A stretch of 63,915 nt of DNA, filler included, from Thelocarpon superellum (lineage: Eukaryota): NCBI GenBank assembly GCA_026025795.1. It is 3 parts of 3 records of this genome, joined end to end, with 100 filler letters (N's around TTAATTAATTAA, not from the genome) between each part and the next. Parts side by side here need not be neighbours in the genome. Positions count along the whole stretch, not along the records: positions 1 to 23,820 come from JAPEUG010000279.1; 2 more parts are not named here. One strand, given 5' to 3'. The notes under the pieces are model-generated. The model saw only the letters and a list, made by a program, of their open reading frames with translations, searched no databases and was not told the origin of the DNA. A program made the translations under genes and the position numbers. Of this stretch, positions 1-13,684 are shown in pieces (the first letter of the stretch is position 1; each line of letters begins with the position of its first letter).

Positions 1-1368
1 TCTAATTTCAAGATGATGGAGAAGGACTGCGTACGGGTACGTGGAAGGTACCTATCCCCGTACGATCGAGTTGTACCTACATACCGATGGATCCGAGTCC
101 TGCAGCCATCTCAGTCATGGGCTCTCCCGGCGCAATGGGTCCGTAACGCTGCCCTGTGCCTGCATATACTGGGTAGAGCCGGAGTGCGCCAAGTGGACCC
201 GGGCAGGAAGAGGTGAATGTTGCGGCATATGAGTGACTGAAGATATGGAAGCACGAAGTACTCTGTACGAGTGCCCTTCAGATATGTCCAGTTATATGAA
301 CTCATGTCGCTCGCCCTCGAGAGATTTCTACAGCACTCCGCTCCCTCAGCTCCGTCCCCTCCCTGCCATAGCATGGTTGCACGTGGCTCGCAACGGCTAC
401 CAGCAGCTGTATGAGTACGAAGGCGGGGACAGGTGAGATGTGGGTGTCCTTGCAACGACTGACTGAGGCCCCATCCAGCCCGATGCGACCAAGCTGACGA
501 GGACCACTCCGGCGGGGAGACCACCGGCGCGATCAAGCGAGGACGCCTGGGCCAGCACTCTGACCTGACACCCACACGGTTCGACTTGAGTCGTAGGGAC
601 CGCTGAGGCGGACGGGCGTAATGGAATGCCACGTACGAACAACGTCGCAAGCGGCTTGTACAGTCCACTGTCAGTCAGGACAGGGCACTATTCGTGTACC
701 GACGAGGACATGACAAGCCGACGTGCGTGTGTGGAGGTGAGACAAGGAAGGCAAGGCACGGCCAAGGGCCGCGAGACCGACAGCTCGGCTGGCCAAATCC
801 CGTGTCGTACCGGCAGTGCGCAGCAGCGTCGCACAGCTGGCGAACGAGCCAATAGAGTGAACCGCCGTCCAGCTGCGGGCTGGTCGGTCCGGACACAAGT
901 GCATCGTCGGGTTGCCTTCAACGTGCGATCCCGCTGAGTATCCCCAGTCCGGCAGGATCACGATTTCTCGCGCAGGGATTGGGTACGTCCTCCCACACGT
1001 GCGGCCGGCCACCATCCATCTGGCTTCATGCCCTTGGACGTGCTCTCTGCGCTCTGTGCTCTGCTACGTGCATAGCCGCAGGTGACAGGCGCGGTACGAG
1101 GACACCCACTCGTGCGAAGTACATCTCATGTCGTACACCGCACAACCTACGGACCCTCACGTCATATAGGGAGCATTCCACGCAGACAACACGAAAACCC
1201 CGGCCTTGTAGAAATCTGTCTACTATTGACACACCTGAATCGCTACGATACATGCACAAGCATCCACGATGGTGCGCTGGGGAATCCAAATCCGTCTCGA
1301 CGTAATCCCCCGTCCCGGCCCCTGCGGCCTTCGGCGTCCATCTCCATAGCCTACTATGCCTGAGTCGT

Positions 1369-4300
1369 TCAGTACTCCACCCCCGACTCGTATGTTTGGG
1401 ACTGGATCGGCCAGCCACCGGTAGACGCGCCGTAGTGCGATCGTCGTTCTAACAATCACGCGTGTTAGCGACAAGGTTGGTAGCACAAGCCGGCCCGAGT
1501 CGTAGCTTACCCTTTTCAAAGTCTCCCCACCGCTTCATCGTGATCTTGCTGCTGTCAAATTCGCCCTCATACTCGATGCCGGCCTTCTTGGTCTTCTCTC
1601 CGGCCGTCTTGCGCGTGTCGCCCCAGCTGAAGTCGTCAAATTTCCAGTAGGCGTACGCGGGCAGCACGAAGTTCCAGATGGGGAGCGAGATGAGGTAGAT
1701 GAGCATCCACAAGACATACGACCACCGATGCGCCGTCAGTACGATCAGCACCGCCGGGAGCCCCAAGATGAGCGCCAAGAGCACAAGCGGGATGACGGGC
1801 ACCGGTTTCCGCACGATCGAGATGATGACTGTGGGGCCACGTCAGTATGCTCGTTTCCACGGAGATGACAAGCGGGCCCACTCACTAAGGTAAAAGGTAA
1901 AGGCGATGGCCGCCGGGAGGACCAAGGTGCCCACCAGCTCGATGAAGACGACGAACTGCATGCTGAAGCAGAAGGTACCGCACAGATCGCGCACCAGCAC
2001 GAGCTCCATGAGGTTGTGCACCGTGCTGTTGATCCATCGTCGTCGCTGCGACAGCAGCACCGAGAACTGCTCTGGCACCGTCGTCTTGCACACGGCCTGC
2101 GGCACAAAAACCTGCTTGCGCTTGGGGAAGGTCTTGAGCATCAGGGTCGACAGGTATCGATCCTCGCCCAGGAGCAGCAGATTCTTCTTGTGCAGCGTGT
2201 CCACCACGTTCTCCGAGTAGTGCTCCACCACGTCCGGGTTGGCCAGAATGGGCACCCAGTAGTTCTGCCCGCCTTTGGGCGCCTTGATGCGGTACATGCA
2301 GAAGCAGCCCGGCAGACAGGTGACGCCGCCGAAGACGGATTCGAAGGATTTGGAGAGGTGATGCGAGATGAAGTACTCAAACACCTGGATCATCGTCACC
2401 CACGACTCGCGCTTATTGGCGATCTTGGTCTCGCCGCACAGGCCCATGATCTCCGGGTCCTTGACCATGGCCGAGATCATGTGCGTGAGGCTGTCCGGGA
2501 AGACCTTGGTGTCGGCGTCGACCATGAGCACGATCTCATAAAAGTCGGGCGAGATGCCCGTCACCTTCCAGATGCCGTTGAACATCTCAAACTCGAGCTC
2601 CGTCATGCGCTCGTCGAACATGACCTTCTGCAGGAAGGACATGAGGATGATCTGGCTGTCGCGCTTGCCGCGGTTGCCCGGCTTCGATTTGGCCGCCTCG
2701 TCTTCCGTCCCGCACTTGACCACCACCATCATCGGCACCCGTTGCTGCTTCTCCCCCGGGATCGCCGAGTGCTCGCCGTAGTCGTAGAAGCCCGCGTACA
2801 CCTTGGCCATGTTGTGCCGCTTCGATCCGCTCGCCACGGCGACGTAGGAGAAAGCCTGCACCTCCTCCGGGAGCACCGCGTGGTCTTTGAGCATTCCGAG
2901 CGCAATGTCCGGCGTCGTGAATTCCTCGCCCTTGCCCTTGATGAGGCCGTCGCACACGACGAAGATGAGCTTGTGGCTGTTGGGATAGTCCGTCATCGCA
3001 ATGGAATCGAGCGTCGTCCGCAGGCCCTCCTGCCCCTCCGAGTAGGCCGTCACCAGGCAGATGGCGTGCGCGAGCGGATAGCCAAATGGTCGCCACTCTG
3101 CCGGCGGTTGCGGCACCACGGCCTCGTGGATGAAGCCTGCCGGGCCCGGCCCCTCCACCTCGCTCATGACACTGGAGAAACGCTCCGGGCCTTGCGACAG
3201 CATCAGGCTGGATCGGCTGGGCCGGTTCAGCGCCTCAAAGCTGCCTTGGCTACCGTCAGCGTTACGGTACATGGGATTCGGATTGACCAGCCGCGCGGTC
3301 GAGCTCTGGCTGGCCATGGTGGTTGGCGCCGGCCGCAACTTGGACTTGGCCACGCTCCGCTCCATCTCGTAGGGGCTCGTGAAGCGTGAGGTCGTGGGGA
3401 AGAAGGCACTGCCCCGCTTGCTCATGCGATCGCCCGCCCCGCCCGGCCCTGGCAGGTCCGCCAGCTTGGGCGGCGCGCGGTAGATATCGTCGGTCCAGTC
3501 TTCGATCTGCTGCGCGCGTTTCTTGTGGTCCGACGTCATGGACGTTTTGGGCGCGGCGAAGCGCCGGCTGAAGAACCAGCCGAAGAAGACGGCCAGGAAG
3601 AACTTGACCAACACAATGGAGAGGATGAAGACGAGGGACACGTAGAGTACCACGCTCGAGGCGATGCACCCGACCGTTTGCGTGTCCACCGACCCCACCC
3701 GAATGATTTCTTGCAGGCACTTGGCAATGCGCTTGTCCGTCGGCGATTGAAGGGCACGGGTGACGTCGACGCCGCGCACGTTCGGATTGGTGCGCAACTC
3801 GTCGAATTGCGATGGAATGCTGACCTCGGAGCCGTTGAACCATCGCAATAAATCCAGGTCGAGCACGTCACCCGAGTAGACCATCAGGTTCCGGCTGGAA
3901 TTCTTGATGTCGTCCCACGTAAAGTAGACGTCGCCCGCCCCCTTGAGACTGTAAAAGGCCTCGCGTCCGACCGCGGTCGTGTGGCAGCTGTAGCCAAGGT
4001 AATAAGGCTCGGTCAAGTTCACCGGGCTCGAGCCATCCTGGTTGTATGTGGTGCAGGGAAAGTACCAGGCAAGGTCGCCTTGCGCGTCGGTGGGCACCGG
4101 GGAATTCGGGGCGAGGGTGATGAGACCTTTGCAATTGCCGTTCACGTTCTGAAAGAGGAAGCTTCCATCTTGGCCGCCGTGTTTCTCGGGCAAATCGAAG
4201 AGAACGTTGGCGCCATTGGTGATGCCAATGGCGGCCGGGTGGTTGGAGTTGGAGAGCTCGTAGGCGCTGCCGTGGAAAATCATGTACCCGGCGTCAACTT

Positions 4301-5189
4301 GATTGACCTGTAGGCGGAGGCCTGGATTGCCGCAGACGGCCTGAGTGAAGCCAAAGGTGAGGAAGCCGACAAAGGCGGCGATCATCAGGATGATGCTGAT
4401 CAGGCCCATCTTCTCCCGCCATGCCCGTTGCTGTGCGCGGGCCGGCTTGCCAAAGCATGCGAGGAGCATATTGGGGCACCAGAAGGTAACCACCGCACAG
4501 TACACGTTCCAGAAACTGAGAGGCCGCACAGCCTCTTGCTCGCGCCGGCGTTGTTCAGCTTCTGCGCTGCGTAGTTTGGCGTCCTTACGTGAAGTCCGTC
4601 GGTGCAGCCGCTCCCGGGACGGAATCCCCTTCTCGCCCGCCTCGGCATCGACCGCTCGGGGGCCTTTTCGGAGACCACCCCGCCGTGGTGGTGACGCATC
4701 CGTGTAGCCTGCGACACCGGCACCGGGCTGATGCAGGCTCTTCATATCGCTGCTCTCGGAGCTCACGGTTTCAGCCTCGGCGTGATCCTCGATGATGGGA
4801 TCGTTGCCCGTCGTCGAGGGCAGAACGGTCATGTTGTGGGCATGTTGACGGTAATGGTAGTTGGGATGGTCGCGGTCGATGCGGTTTCGCTCGGGTCGGA
4901 TTAGACTACGCTTCCGACCGAAGTCGACCGGTCCGCTCGCGCCCGGTGGAGGGCCAGTGGGTGTCAAAGGTTCGGTGTCGCCCGTTGGGGTGTGTGAGCC
5001 GGCCTTTATGTAGCCATGCTTTCTCGACGGCGTTCGACGAGTCGGCGAAAATTGTGAAGGGGGAGCGTTGTCAGCCGAGAAGTAGCCAGGTGTCTCGACA
5101 TCAGCGAGCTGGTTACGGCGCGAAGAGTGATGCCGCTGATGTTGGCCGCGGGTCGGTGAGGTCGGAGGAGGTCGCTGTGGGAGCGACAT
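1369..5189 (-). CDS. CHS3: Class IV chitin synthase (Chs3/ChsD type); exons 5189-1886, 1828-1511, 1448-1369
   Basis: 1115-aa ORF with class IV motifs [33 protein letters not shown] and [10 protein letters not shown]-terminal exon has [10 protein letters not shown]. Introns 1885-1829 (GTGAG..ACTGAC..CAG) and 1510-1449 (GTAAG..GCTAAC..TAG) restore the frame to a TGA at 1371-1369. Confidence 0.96.
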
Positions 5190-6850
5190 GGTGTTGAGAC
5201 CGACACAATAGACTGGCGCCGCGTGTTCGGCCGGATTCTACAAGCGGCGGCGATGGGAGGGCGGGCCGTCACAGGTCACGTAAGAAAGATGATAGAGCCC
5301 CAGCAGTGTGGTCGGAAGCCACTGCGGACGTCAGGATTGTCGACTCCTCGCCGCGTCCATAGAGACCTTGGCGGTAGGGGGAGAGCGAGTGGCCCTTCAC
5401 CGGGACGGGGGCACGAGAACCGAGGGTCGCCGCCCACGTTCTGTCGAGCCACACAGCGAATGAGGAATGGCCCGGGTAAAGGATGGCAAGACGAAGAGAG
5501 CAGCGAGCGGGGATAATGGAGGCAGCCCACGTTGCGGGGGACCGCGATGCACGCAAATCAACGAATGTGAAGCAAGAAAATGGGAAACAACGGGAGTGGG
5601 ACTTGCAATCGAGATCGGTCAGGGACGACAGCGGCGACTCAAGTGTGCGACGACTCAAGTGTGCGAGCGTGCGAGCGTGCAAGCGTCGCCCCAGAAGTTT
5701 AGCCCTTCGGCCGCTACGAGTACGAGTAGCACGGGCGGGCGGGACACCAACAAAACAAGGGGTCCCTCCGCTGCACCAACGCTGTCCAGCTTATGTAAAG
5801 ACGCCCTTTGGCCGTCGCCTCATTCCCCTGGGCGCCGTGGTTTCTGAGCTCCGCCAAGAAAGGCGACCTGGATGCAAGACCCCGACGCTTTAGCGCCTTG
5901 GCAGTCTATTCTTGTCGATCGCTCATATTCGTTCCGGACGCCGTGGCATACCTTTCCTCGGCATGTGTACCCGTACGGGAGCCTTGCAGCTACCTACTCG
6001 TACTATTTTACTCGTAATTCCTGTCACGAATACGCCGCCTCTTTCGCTAACTACCATCCCTCTATTGTCACCTATGTTAGTCCTAGAACGTCTTCCGGTC
6101 CGCAGGCAGGAATGTACGTACAGACCACCGACGCCGCCAATGGTGAATCGGTGGATCAGCTGCGCAGAGGAACCAATATCAGGCAAGACTGGTGGTAGCC
6201 GTGGACTCGGCAGAACATGGTGGCACATCCGCTAGGAGTGTTCAGACCGGAGGTGAGTGTACACTGTTAATTAGCATGGTTCGGGGATGAAGGGTATGAA
6301 GTGGAGCCGTGCCGGCGAGGAGGACTGCCATGCAAATAGCCACGTTGGTGCAGTGATACTAGGTTAATCGTCGAGGTCTCGGCAAAGGCATTATTTAGAA
6401 CCCGCCTGACGCTTGCGAGCTGTCGGCGTTCGACCGTGCCGACACCATTTCTCAGGTACGCGAGAGCGACCGGTCACCGGTGGCAAAGGTACGAATAAAG
6501 AATTTGAGTCCGCTCTAGGTATCAAGGATTCGCACGGAAGTAATGATCGAGATGCGAATACTCGTACCGAATCATGGAGTCCTCGCTGGCATCCCCAAGA
6601 CGACCTTGCAAACGCCTGTGCCTCTATCATGGACTACTGCTCAGTCGGTAATCGACTTCTTGTTAACGCACATCTCTGCATGATTGTATCATGATTTTAC
6701 AATGTCACGAAGCGAACACTCAATTTAGAATCCAGAGGCTACACCGGACTTCGTCATTTGCTTGGCGCAATGGAAGATCAAATCTTGCCTATCATAACCT
6801 GTGGCGGTCCCAATGAGACGCCTATCAGTGAATTGTGCGATACATTTCGC

Positions 6851-7288
6851 TCAAGCCTTGTCCGTCTTCTTCGCCGCATAGACGCCCACAAGGTTGCCCT
6901 CGGTGTCGCGCACGATGGCGGACCATCCCATGGGACCAGCAGGCTCCTTCTCCTGGGCGACTTCATGTCCCATCTTCTGCACCTTCTCTATGATTTCATC
7001 GACACACTTGACGTGATAATACACGACTGGGGTACTCTCTTTGTTGCTCTTGGACATCTGCTTCTCATCCACCTTGGAAATGGCGCCGCCCAAGCCAGCG
7101 TTCTGGCCGGGAAATTTAATCACCAGCATGACCTCGGCAGGGACTGCGACCGCGCTTGGGAGGTATTCCCACCCGAAGAGAGCCGCGTAGAAGTCACGGG
7201 CACGGGCGACCGATAGGGCTGGAATATCGATCCAGGTAGGGGCGCCGAGAATCTCCGGCGGCGGCATAGCGAGCGCGGTGTCACACAT
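6851..7288 (-). CDS. VOC-superfamily (glyoxalase/bleomycin resistance/dioxygenase-like) protein, intronless
   Basis: Motifs PTWIDIP...ARARDFYAALFGWE, VYYHVKCVDEIIEKV..GHEV and AIVRDTEGNLVGV are typical of single-module VOC proteins. Start could be 7288 or the second Met at 7267. Confidence 0.85.
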   Translation of the reverse strand: MCDTALAMPPPEILGAPTWIDIPALSVARARDFYAALFGWEYLPSAVAVPAEVMLVIKFPGQNAGLGGAISKVDEKQMSKSNKESTPVVYYHVKCVDEIIEKVQKMGHEVAQEKEPAGPMGWSAIVRDTEGNLVGVYAAKKTDKA

Positions 7289-9281
7289 GATGGCTGATTT
7301 TTCGGTGTACTGTCATGGAATATCAGCATGGTCGAGACCGGAGACTCGATTTGGACTGACCAGGAGTTTTTTTTTCGAGCGGAGCAATCGGGACTTGGCC
7401 AGAGTTGATCCTCAGTAGCTTGTGGGACTTCAGACGCGTTGATCGAGAGGTCGGACAAGACGAATGAGCCTCTTTAAATATTGCCCATCGAAGCCTCAGG
7501 CCCACCCTGCTGATGCATCGTGACCCCGCAGCTCCCTGGCATCCATTAATTGATTATTGATCTTTCCGCGTCCTTTGCGCTTTGGTCTCCACGGCAGTCT
7601 TGCTGCCTGACATTCCTCGCTGCACCAACGCGCCTCTCCTTGGCGGGCGTGACTCAAACGCGGGTGGGACGCGATCTCACGTGATGTTCCCCGCTCTGCT
7701 CGTCGCTGACTCGCTCCTCTGCGCCGTGGCGTTCCCAATTGCCCCTAAGGAGACAATTCCTCTACACCGCTCGTCAATCTTACGGCTGTTTGGCTTGAGC
7801 CCAGACCTGTTTCTCCCGAACTGCGACGATGCGGTCCCATCATGACTCATTTACTCGGTCAAGACAGACACCTTGTTCCAGTTTAGATGATCAACGGGAA
7901 GAATGGCAAGGAACGTGGTCGGATAGAATCGAGCGATTGCCCTCCATCAATCTGCATGCTGGGAGACCATCTAGTCTAACCACTGATCGTCGTCAAGTCC
8001 ATCACCCGCCCTTTGTCTCGAGAACTTGGCAACGTCATCCTTCCGGGCGACGGCCCGTCCATGGTCACGCCAGCTTACTTCTTCTGCGAGCCGCCGCGGC
8101 TCAATGGGTAGTAGTGCGGTGGGTGATGAGTGACGTTCCCTCCCCCATCTTTGTCGTAGGCACTGCAGGGACTAGTACTTCCTGGGCTGATCAATGGCCC
8201 AGCACGCATCTGGATAAAGAGTGGAGTTCGCCTGGTTGTCGTGGTCCCGCCTGCAAAAATGGAACCCTTGATCATTACGAGATATAGCCACAAGAGGACG
8301 GCAGGCCTGGAACGGTACAAATAAACCGACCAAACTGTTGGTACTGGTAGCGATGAATTCGTCACAACTGATAGCCTAAGGTCCTCGTACCCGCAAATCT
8401 ACTATTGTAGGAGCGCGCACGTGATCTGATCACGTGCCCTCTCCTTTTACTATCCCGACTACGCGTAGATTAGCAATTCAGCTCTGATTCCTACACTATT
8501 GGAGAATTGAACACCGACGGCTGTTCTGCTTGGAGGTTCCCTAGTTACTTTGCTAGTCTGTGCTGATCTAATAGAGAGTACCTGCAGACACCCACTCGGT
8601 CAACAGCGGATGGCACATCGTAGATATGCACGGCAACGAATTTTCACAGCAACCCGCCGGGGCAGAAGCCGCCTTGGAATAATGTGGCCGTGAAGACTTG
8701 TCGTATTCTGCCGAAGCGGAGCTGGTGGTGGATACGCGACACGCGAAGCCTGCTAGCGTTTCTGCATCGCCACACTCTTCGCCGGGGTTGATCCGACAAC
8801 ACCCCGCGACCTGCGCCTATTGTTCATTGCCATCGACGCCGAGACGTGGGCAGAGGACAATTATCCCAGCCTCCGGAAATGTATACAGGCGAAGCAATCC
8901 ATACTAGCATACTCGATATCACTGATTACAAAGTGGTACGGTCGATTATATCCTCCAGATTAGTGTGAACAATCTCCCGCCGATTAAGGATGGAGCTCTT
9001 GAACTGCGTATTGTCTCTCGCGAGATGAAAGCACAGACCAGCATGGCTGGACGCAGCGTGCTCCACCGGCCATTATTACCGACGAGATGGATCAATCTAT
9101 CTGGGACACGTTCACATGCCTACAAGTACGCGTCGGCGAGACGGTCGGGCGATATATAGCTTAACGTCGTTGGCCGCGAAGAGACTGTCTCCGAAGGTTG
9201 TTGGAAGGATTTGTACACATCTGGAGCTTGTGGATCCCCACCCCATCACTGAAGGTCGTGCGTCCGACGACGTCTCCCTCA

Positions 9282-10411
9282 ATGTTACACGTTCCCGCCA
9301 AGATACTGTCATGGACAGCGGGCGTGGTTGTTCTTCTAGGAAGGGCTCATGCGGTTTATCTGCTCACAGACGACTACAGTCCGGCCAATTTCTTCAACAA
9401 GTTTGATTTTTCCACGGCATGCTGACCATGTTCCCTAACTTTCTGGGCCTGAAGGCTAACGTCGCGCAAAGGCACCCGACTTGAATCAGTGTTTTGTCAC
9501 TTACCTGGACGAAGGCGACGCCTTGTCCCGACAGCTGATCCGGACCGACCCTGGGAGCGTGTACATGGGCGTGGATCACACCACCAAGAATCCCAATCCG
9601 GGCCGGGCTAGCGTCCGGATCGAGAGCAAACACACTTATACGCATGGCCTATTCATCGCCGACATCGCCCATATGCCTGGCGGGATTTGCGGTGTTTGGC
9701 CTGCATTGTGAGCGCTGTTGCCCCATGTCACCGCGGACCAAGACTGACGCGCAATGACCAGTTGGATGACGGGAGAAAGCGACCCTTGGCCCGAAGACGG
9801 AGAGATCGATATCCTCGAGCAGGTGAATGACAATACAGAGACCCTGATGAGCCTCCATACCAACGTGTCCTGTACCCTCGTCAGCTCGAGCACACCTGGA
9901 GTGAACAAGTCCGAGGATTGTTATTATATGACGAACAACTACCAAGGCTGTGGTATCGGTATTCCGAACACCCAATCATTCGGCGCCGGCTTCAACAATA
10001 ACGGGGGCGGCGTATATGCGGTCGAGTGGACGTCGCAGGCCATCTCGATCTGGTTTTTTCCGCGCAACAATATTCCTTTGGGCGTACTGGCCGGAACGCC
10101 CGATCCGTCAACGTGGGGAGTGCCCGCGGGATACTTTCATGGCGACTGCAGCATCGATCAGAACTTCCGAAACCATAAGATTGTCCGTCTGCCAACGGGA
10201 TACTGTCGCGCAGCTGACTGACGAGCGATAGATCTTCAACACGGCTTTCTGTGGAGCATGGGCCGCCAATGCCTGGACGCCAACGTGCGCAAAGAAGTCT
10301 TCAAGTTGCAACGATTATGTGGCCAACAATCCTACCGCGTTTGTCGACGCTTATTGGCAGATCAACTCCCTCCGCGTCTTCGACAATAATAACGATCCCA
10401 CAATCTCCTGA
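9282..10411 (+). CDS. Secreted GH16 endo-1,3(4)-beta-glucanase (laminarinase-like); exons 9282-9416, 9472-9707, 9762-10182, 10232-10411
   Basis: Signal-peptide-like N-terminus [48 protein letters not shown]; catalytic [38 protein letters not shown]. Three short introns restore the frame; intron 1 is GC-AG. Confidence 0.9.
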
Positions 10412-13400
10412 AATGACGCGAGGCTCTGGGTCGACGTCATCGCGCTTCTGCACATCGCCGGCAAGATTCATTGGAGCCTTGGGGGAGTTGGTCCATCTCC
10501 GACCGTCTATGGCCAAGGCCCTCCTATTACCTAAAACTCGCAGCAACCTTGGACTCGCAGTGATGACTTACGGATAGATAGAAGCCACTTAGATATGGCC
10601 ATAGAGGTCAATACCGTGGTATGACGTTGTTTAAGCAGTCGTCGCCCGCGGACAGGATGCTTGCTTCGACCTACTTGTACTAAAGTGGATTAGGGGAGGG
10701 ATTAGGAGGGGCGACAATAGGCACGCAATTCCCTGAGCAGCATTCAAGGGTTTGAAATGCGAGAGTCCGTTGTAGGCTTGGCAGACCTCACTCGAGAAGG
10801 TCCCCCGTACTTGGGGGCTGGTGCCGGGACCAGATCGGCCCCGACCAATCGGCAGTGGTTGGGGGAGGGTGTTGGGAAGATCGGATCTAGCCGTGCGAGA
10901 TTGGCAATGTCGCGATCATTTGGGGCATCCTTGTCCGGCGACGACGCTCGCGCACGCGCCCTGGATGATATAGAGACGGGCCGAAACATTCCCCTGAAAC
11001 GTGGAGGTGTGGTGGCCGGCATTGACAGGTCGGCCGTGGACAATCTACAAGTAGCATCCTGCACGTTCCTATACCGAGTACGGAACGCGGCTGCTTAGGG
11101 TCTCGGCATACCTTAAATCACCTGGATCCATCCGCCGTCTCCGTATGGTACGAAGTACTTCGTATCACGGACGTTTGCCGTTGGTTGGTGTGGACTTGGC
11201 CCGCGCCCATGGCTGACATTGCGTCCTCATTATTGCTTCGTCTGAGCACGCAATGCGTCGCCAAGGGGTGGATGGGGGATAGTGGCGGGCTTAGACTCTG
11301 CCCGCGCGTTTCATTTGTCGAGAGTCTCGCGAGTTCAAAGCTCCCAGCGCCGCTTCCGGCCAAGACCATGCAGACCAGGCGACGGCCAGGCGAATTTGAT
11401 TTTGTCCTCTCGGGATACTAGGCCTCGTCATCGCAAAGCTGCTAGTTCGCGGTCTGACAATGGAAAGAGCCTCGTCGAAGTGGTGGTCGATGCGAGTGAA
11501 CCACTCCCGTGTCCCCTCCATGCTCGCTCGAACACGGTAGCCTTTCGGGTTGACGGACCGCCCAGCTGACTTAAAGTTGTCTGGGCACATTCTACGGCCA
11601 AAAGCATCCGCCGCGCCAGATCCCTTCTCCCCGTGCCGATCTGCCTGGCTTTCCGACTTTAAGTCAATGACCGGCAAAGGTCACGGCTGTACACCTCGTC
11701 TCAGCCTCGTTCGACGTGCCCCTCCAAGCCCCAGGCGTAGATCGGTACCTTGGACCACGCACTCGCGTGAGGGATGATGTGGATAATGATCGTCCCACCT
11801 GATAAGAAATTGGACCGGAGCTGGCTCCATGTGCCACTCCGATTTTCATCCGGCCCGTGTCATTGGGGCTGAATTTTCTATGCCGGCGCGCCAAGCCGGG
11901 GTTTGTAACTAAGGACGAAAGGGTTGGGGGCGTGCGGGGGGAAGCGGCGGGCACCGGCGCTGGCGCAGGCGAGCTTGTCGAGTGATCCAATAGTCGTGCA
12001 ACTAACTCGCTATGACGCTTACGGACCGTCCGCAGCGCCGGCGAGGCAGGCGATTGAGCACGTTCCTGAGCGAGGGGCTCTTCGCCTCGCGTTGAAGAGT
12101 GACCGACTGTCTCGTCAGAGCGCAGAGGGACCATTCGGCCGTCGATAGAGTTTAGGGCCAAGGTTGAAGAACAGCACACCCGGCGCGGAGGAGGGCCAAT
12201 TCGTAAGACTAGTTAAGCTCACCTAGTGTAAGTTTACCAGTTCGAAGCCGCACCCTACCCCCCGAGGCTGCGAGGCGCTGTGGAGAATCATGACTGAGCT
12301 GAAGCCGCTGCAAACACCCAGAGTGGTTGCCTTACACCCACCTGCGGTCTATCCAATCTCACTCAGCAGACGTGGGTGGGATGCGGTGAGAGTGGAGCGA
12401 CTAGCTAGGAAATCCTGGCCTCGAGCGCGTCACGCCGCAACCGCGTTTGCGGAAGTTGTGAGAAGAGCCCTTGGCACTTGTTCGTAGACCAGTACAAGTA
12501 GCTGACGTCGCTCGCATCTCGGAGGAACATCGGACCTGTTACAGGCGTCGGAGTTCTTGTACATGCGGTTTACCGCCGCTCGCCTGCTGGTCAGATCTTC
12601 TGAGAACAGATGTGGTAGATCTACGTACCGATCTAGGTTCCGCGTGGTACCGATACCTATGCAACGACCACGTACTCGTACTTAACTTCCCGTAGTCAAC
12701 CTACGGGGCGACAAACGGGCGAGTTCAACTTCGCCGAAACTTACGACTCGTCACTCCAATTCCTGTCACCGAGAGCCTTCCACGGTCGCTTCACGGAACT
12801 TGCATAGCTGAATGTCTTGACTGCTGCCGACGAGAGCCTGGCAACGGGCTTCGAACGACGACTAGGCTCCGGGCACGAGTGCATTGCGTGGTACAGACGA
12901 CGTCCAGCATATTGGCATGATCCGTCGTCGGCGGTAGTTGGCAGGGCTGCCTCATTCAGTCTCATCGCCGGAGAGCCCGTCTACTTGACGAGACTGCGAG
13001 AGAGCCTCTAGACTGCGGCCTCAACGCACATAACCACGTCCAATCCCCGAAACGCCTACAGAGCTCACGTTGCGTCACGGCCACCACCGTTCTTCTTGAA
13101 TTCCTTCTTCTTCGCCCGTGTTTTAGTCTTGACGCCAGGCATCCTGGCCTTGCGGCTGCGGATCCGGATCCTCCGGCCGACCCAACTGGACGCCCCGCCA
13201 CCACAACGCCCGCGACCTGCGTGCTATGCGCTTGTAGAGCGACTTGTTTTGAGCCTTTTGCACCCGCTTCGACCGCTTTGGTGAGTCGTTCGTTCCCCGT
13301 CGGCCCAACAGAGGCATCGTCGAACATCATTTGACGGGGTCTCAAAATAGTAACCTTCGTCGGCTATTCAAGGCATGTCGTAGACCTTGGACGACATATC

Positions 13401-13684
13401 CTATTGCTTACCCCGAACGACCTCTCTTCCGTAGCCTCACTCGAGCGCTAAGGAAAGAGCGCGGCTCGACGTGTCCTGGAGTGCTGACGCCTTCAACCTC
13501 ACTGATGGGAAGGGGCATAACCCTGCGGACGCCTCCACGAACAGCCCTTTACCGTCCTTGCGCGTACCACATGAATCAACCTCCTATATGAAGACATAAA
13601 GGTCAACATTGTGGCCAGTCCTGTCGTCAAGTCACAGAACGCTTCAACATCGAATAAAGGACCGACTGGGTCTCAGCATCGCAC

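Noticed and set aside
1..1300. Short ORFs downstream of CHS3
   Set aside because: No family features or convincing exon structure.
2016..3389. 457-aa antisense ORF over CHS3 (likewise 21602-22771 and 44977-45798)
   Set aside because: Shadow or alternative-frame ORFs caused by high GC3 codon bias in real genes; no recognisable motifs.
10744..12179. Chain of minus-strand ORFs between GH16 and SKT5
   Set aside because: No recognisable domain or consistent splice model; could be an orphan or decayed gene but this is unsupported.
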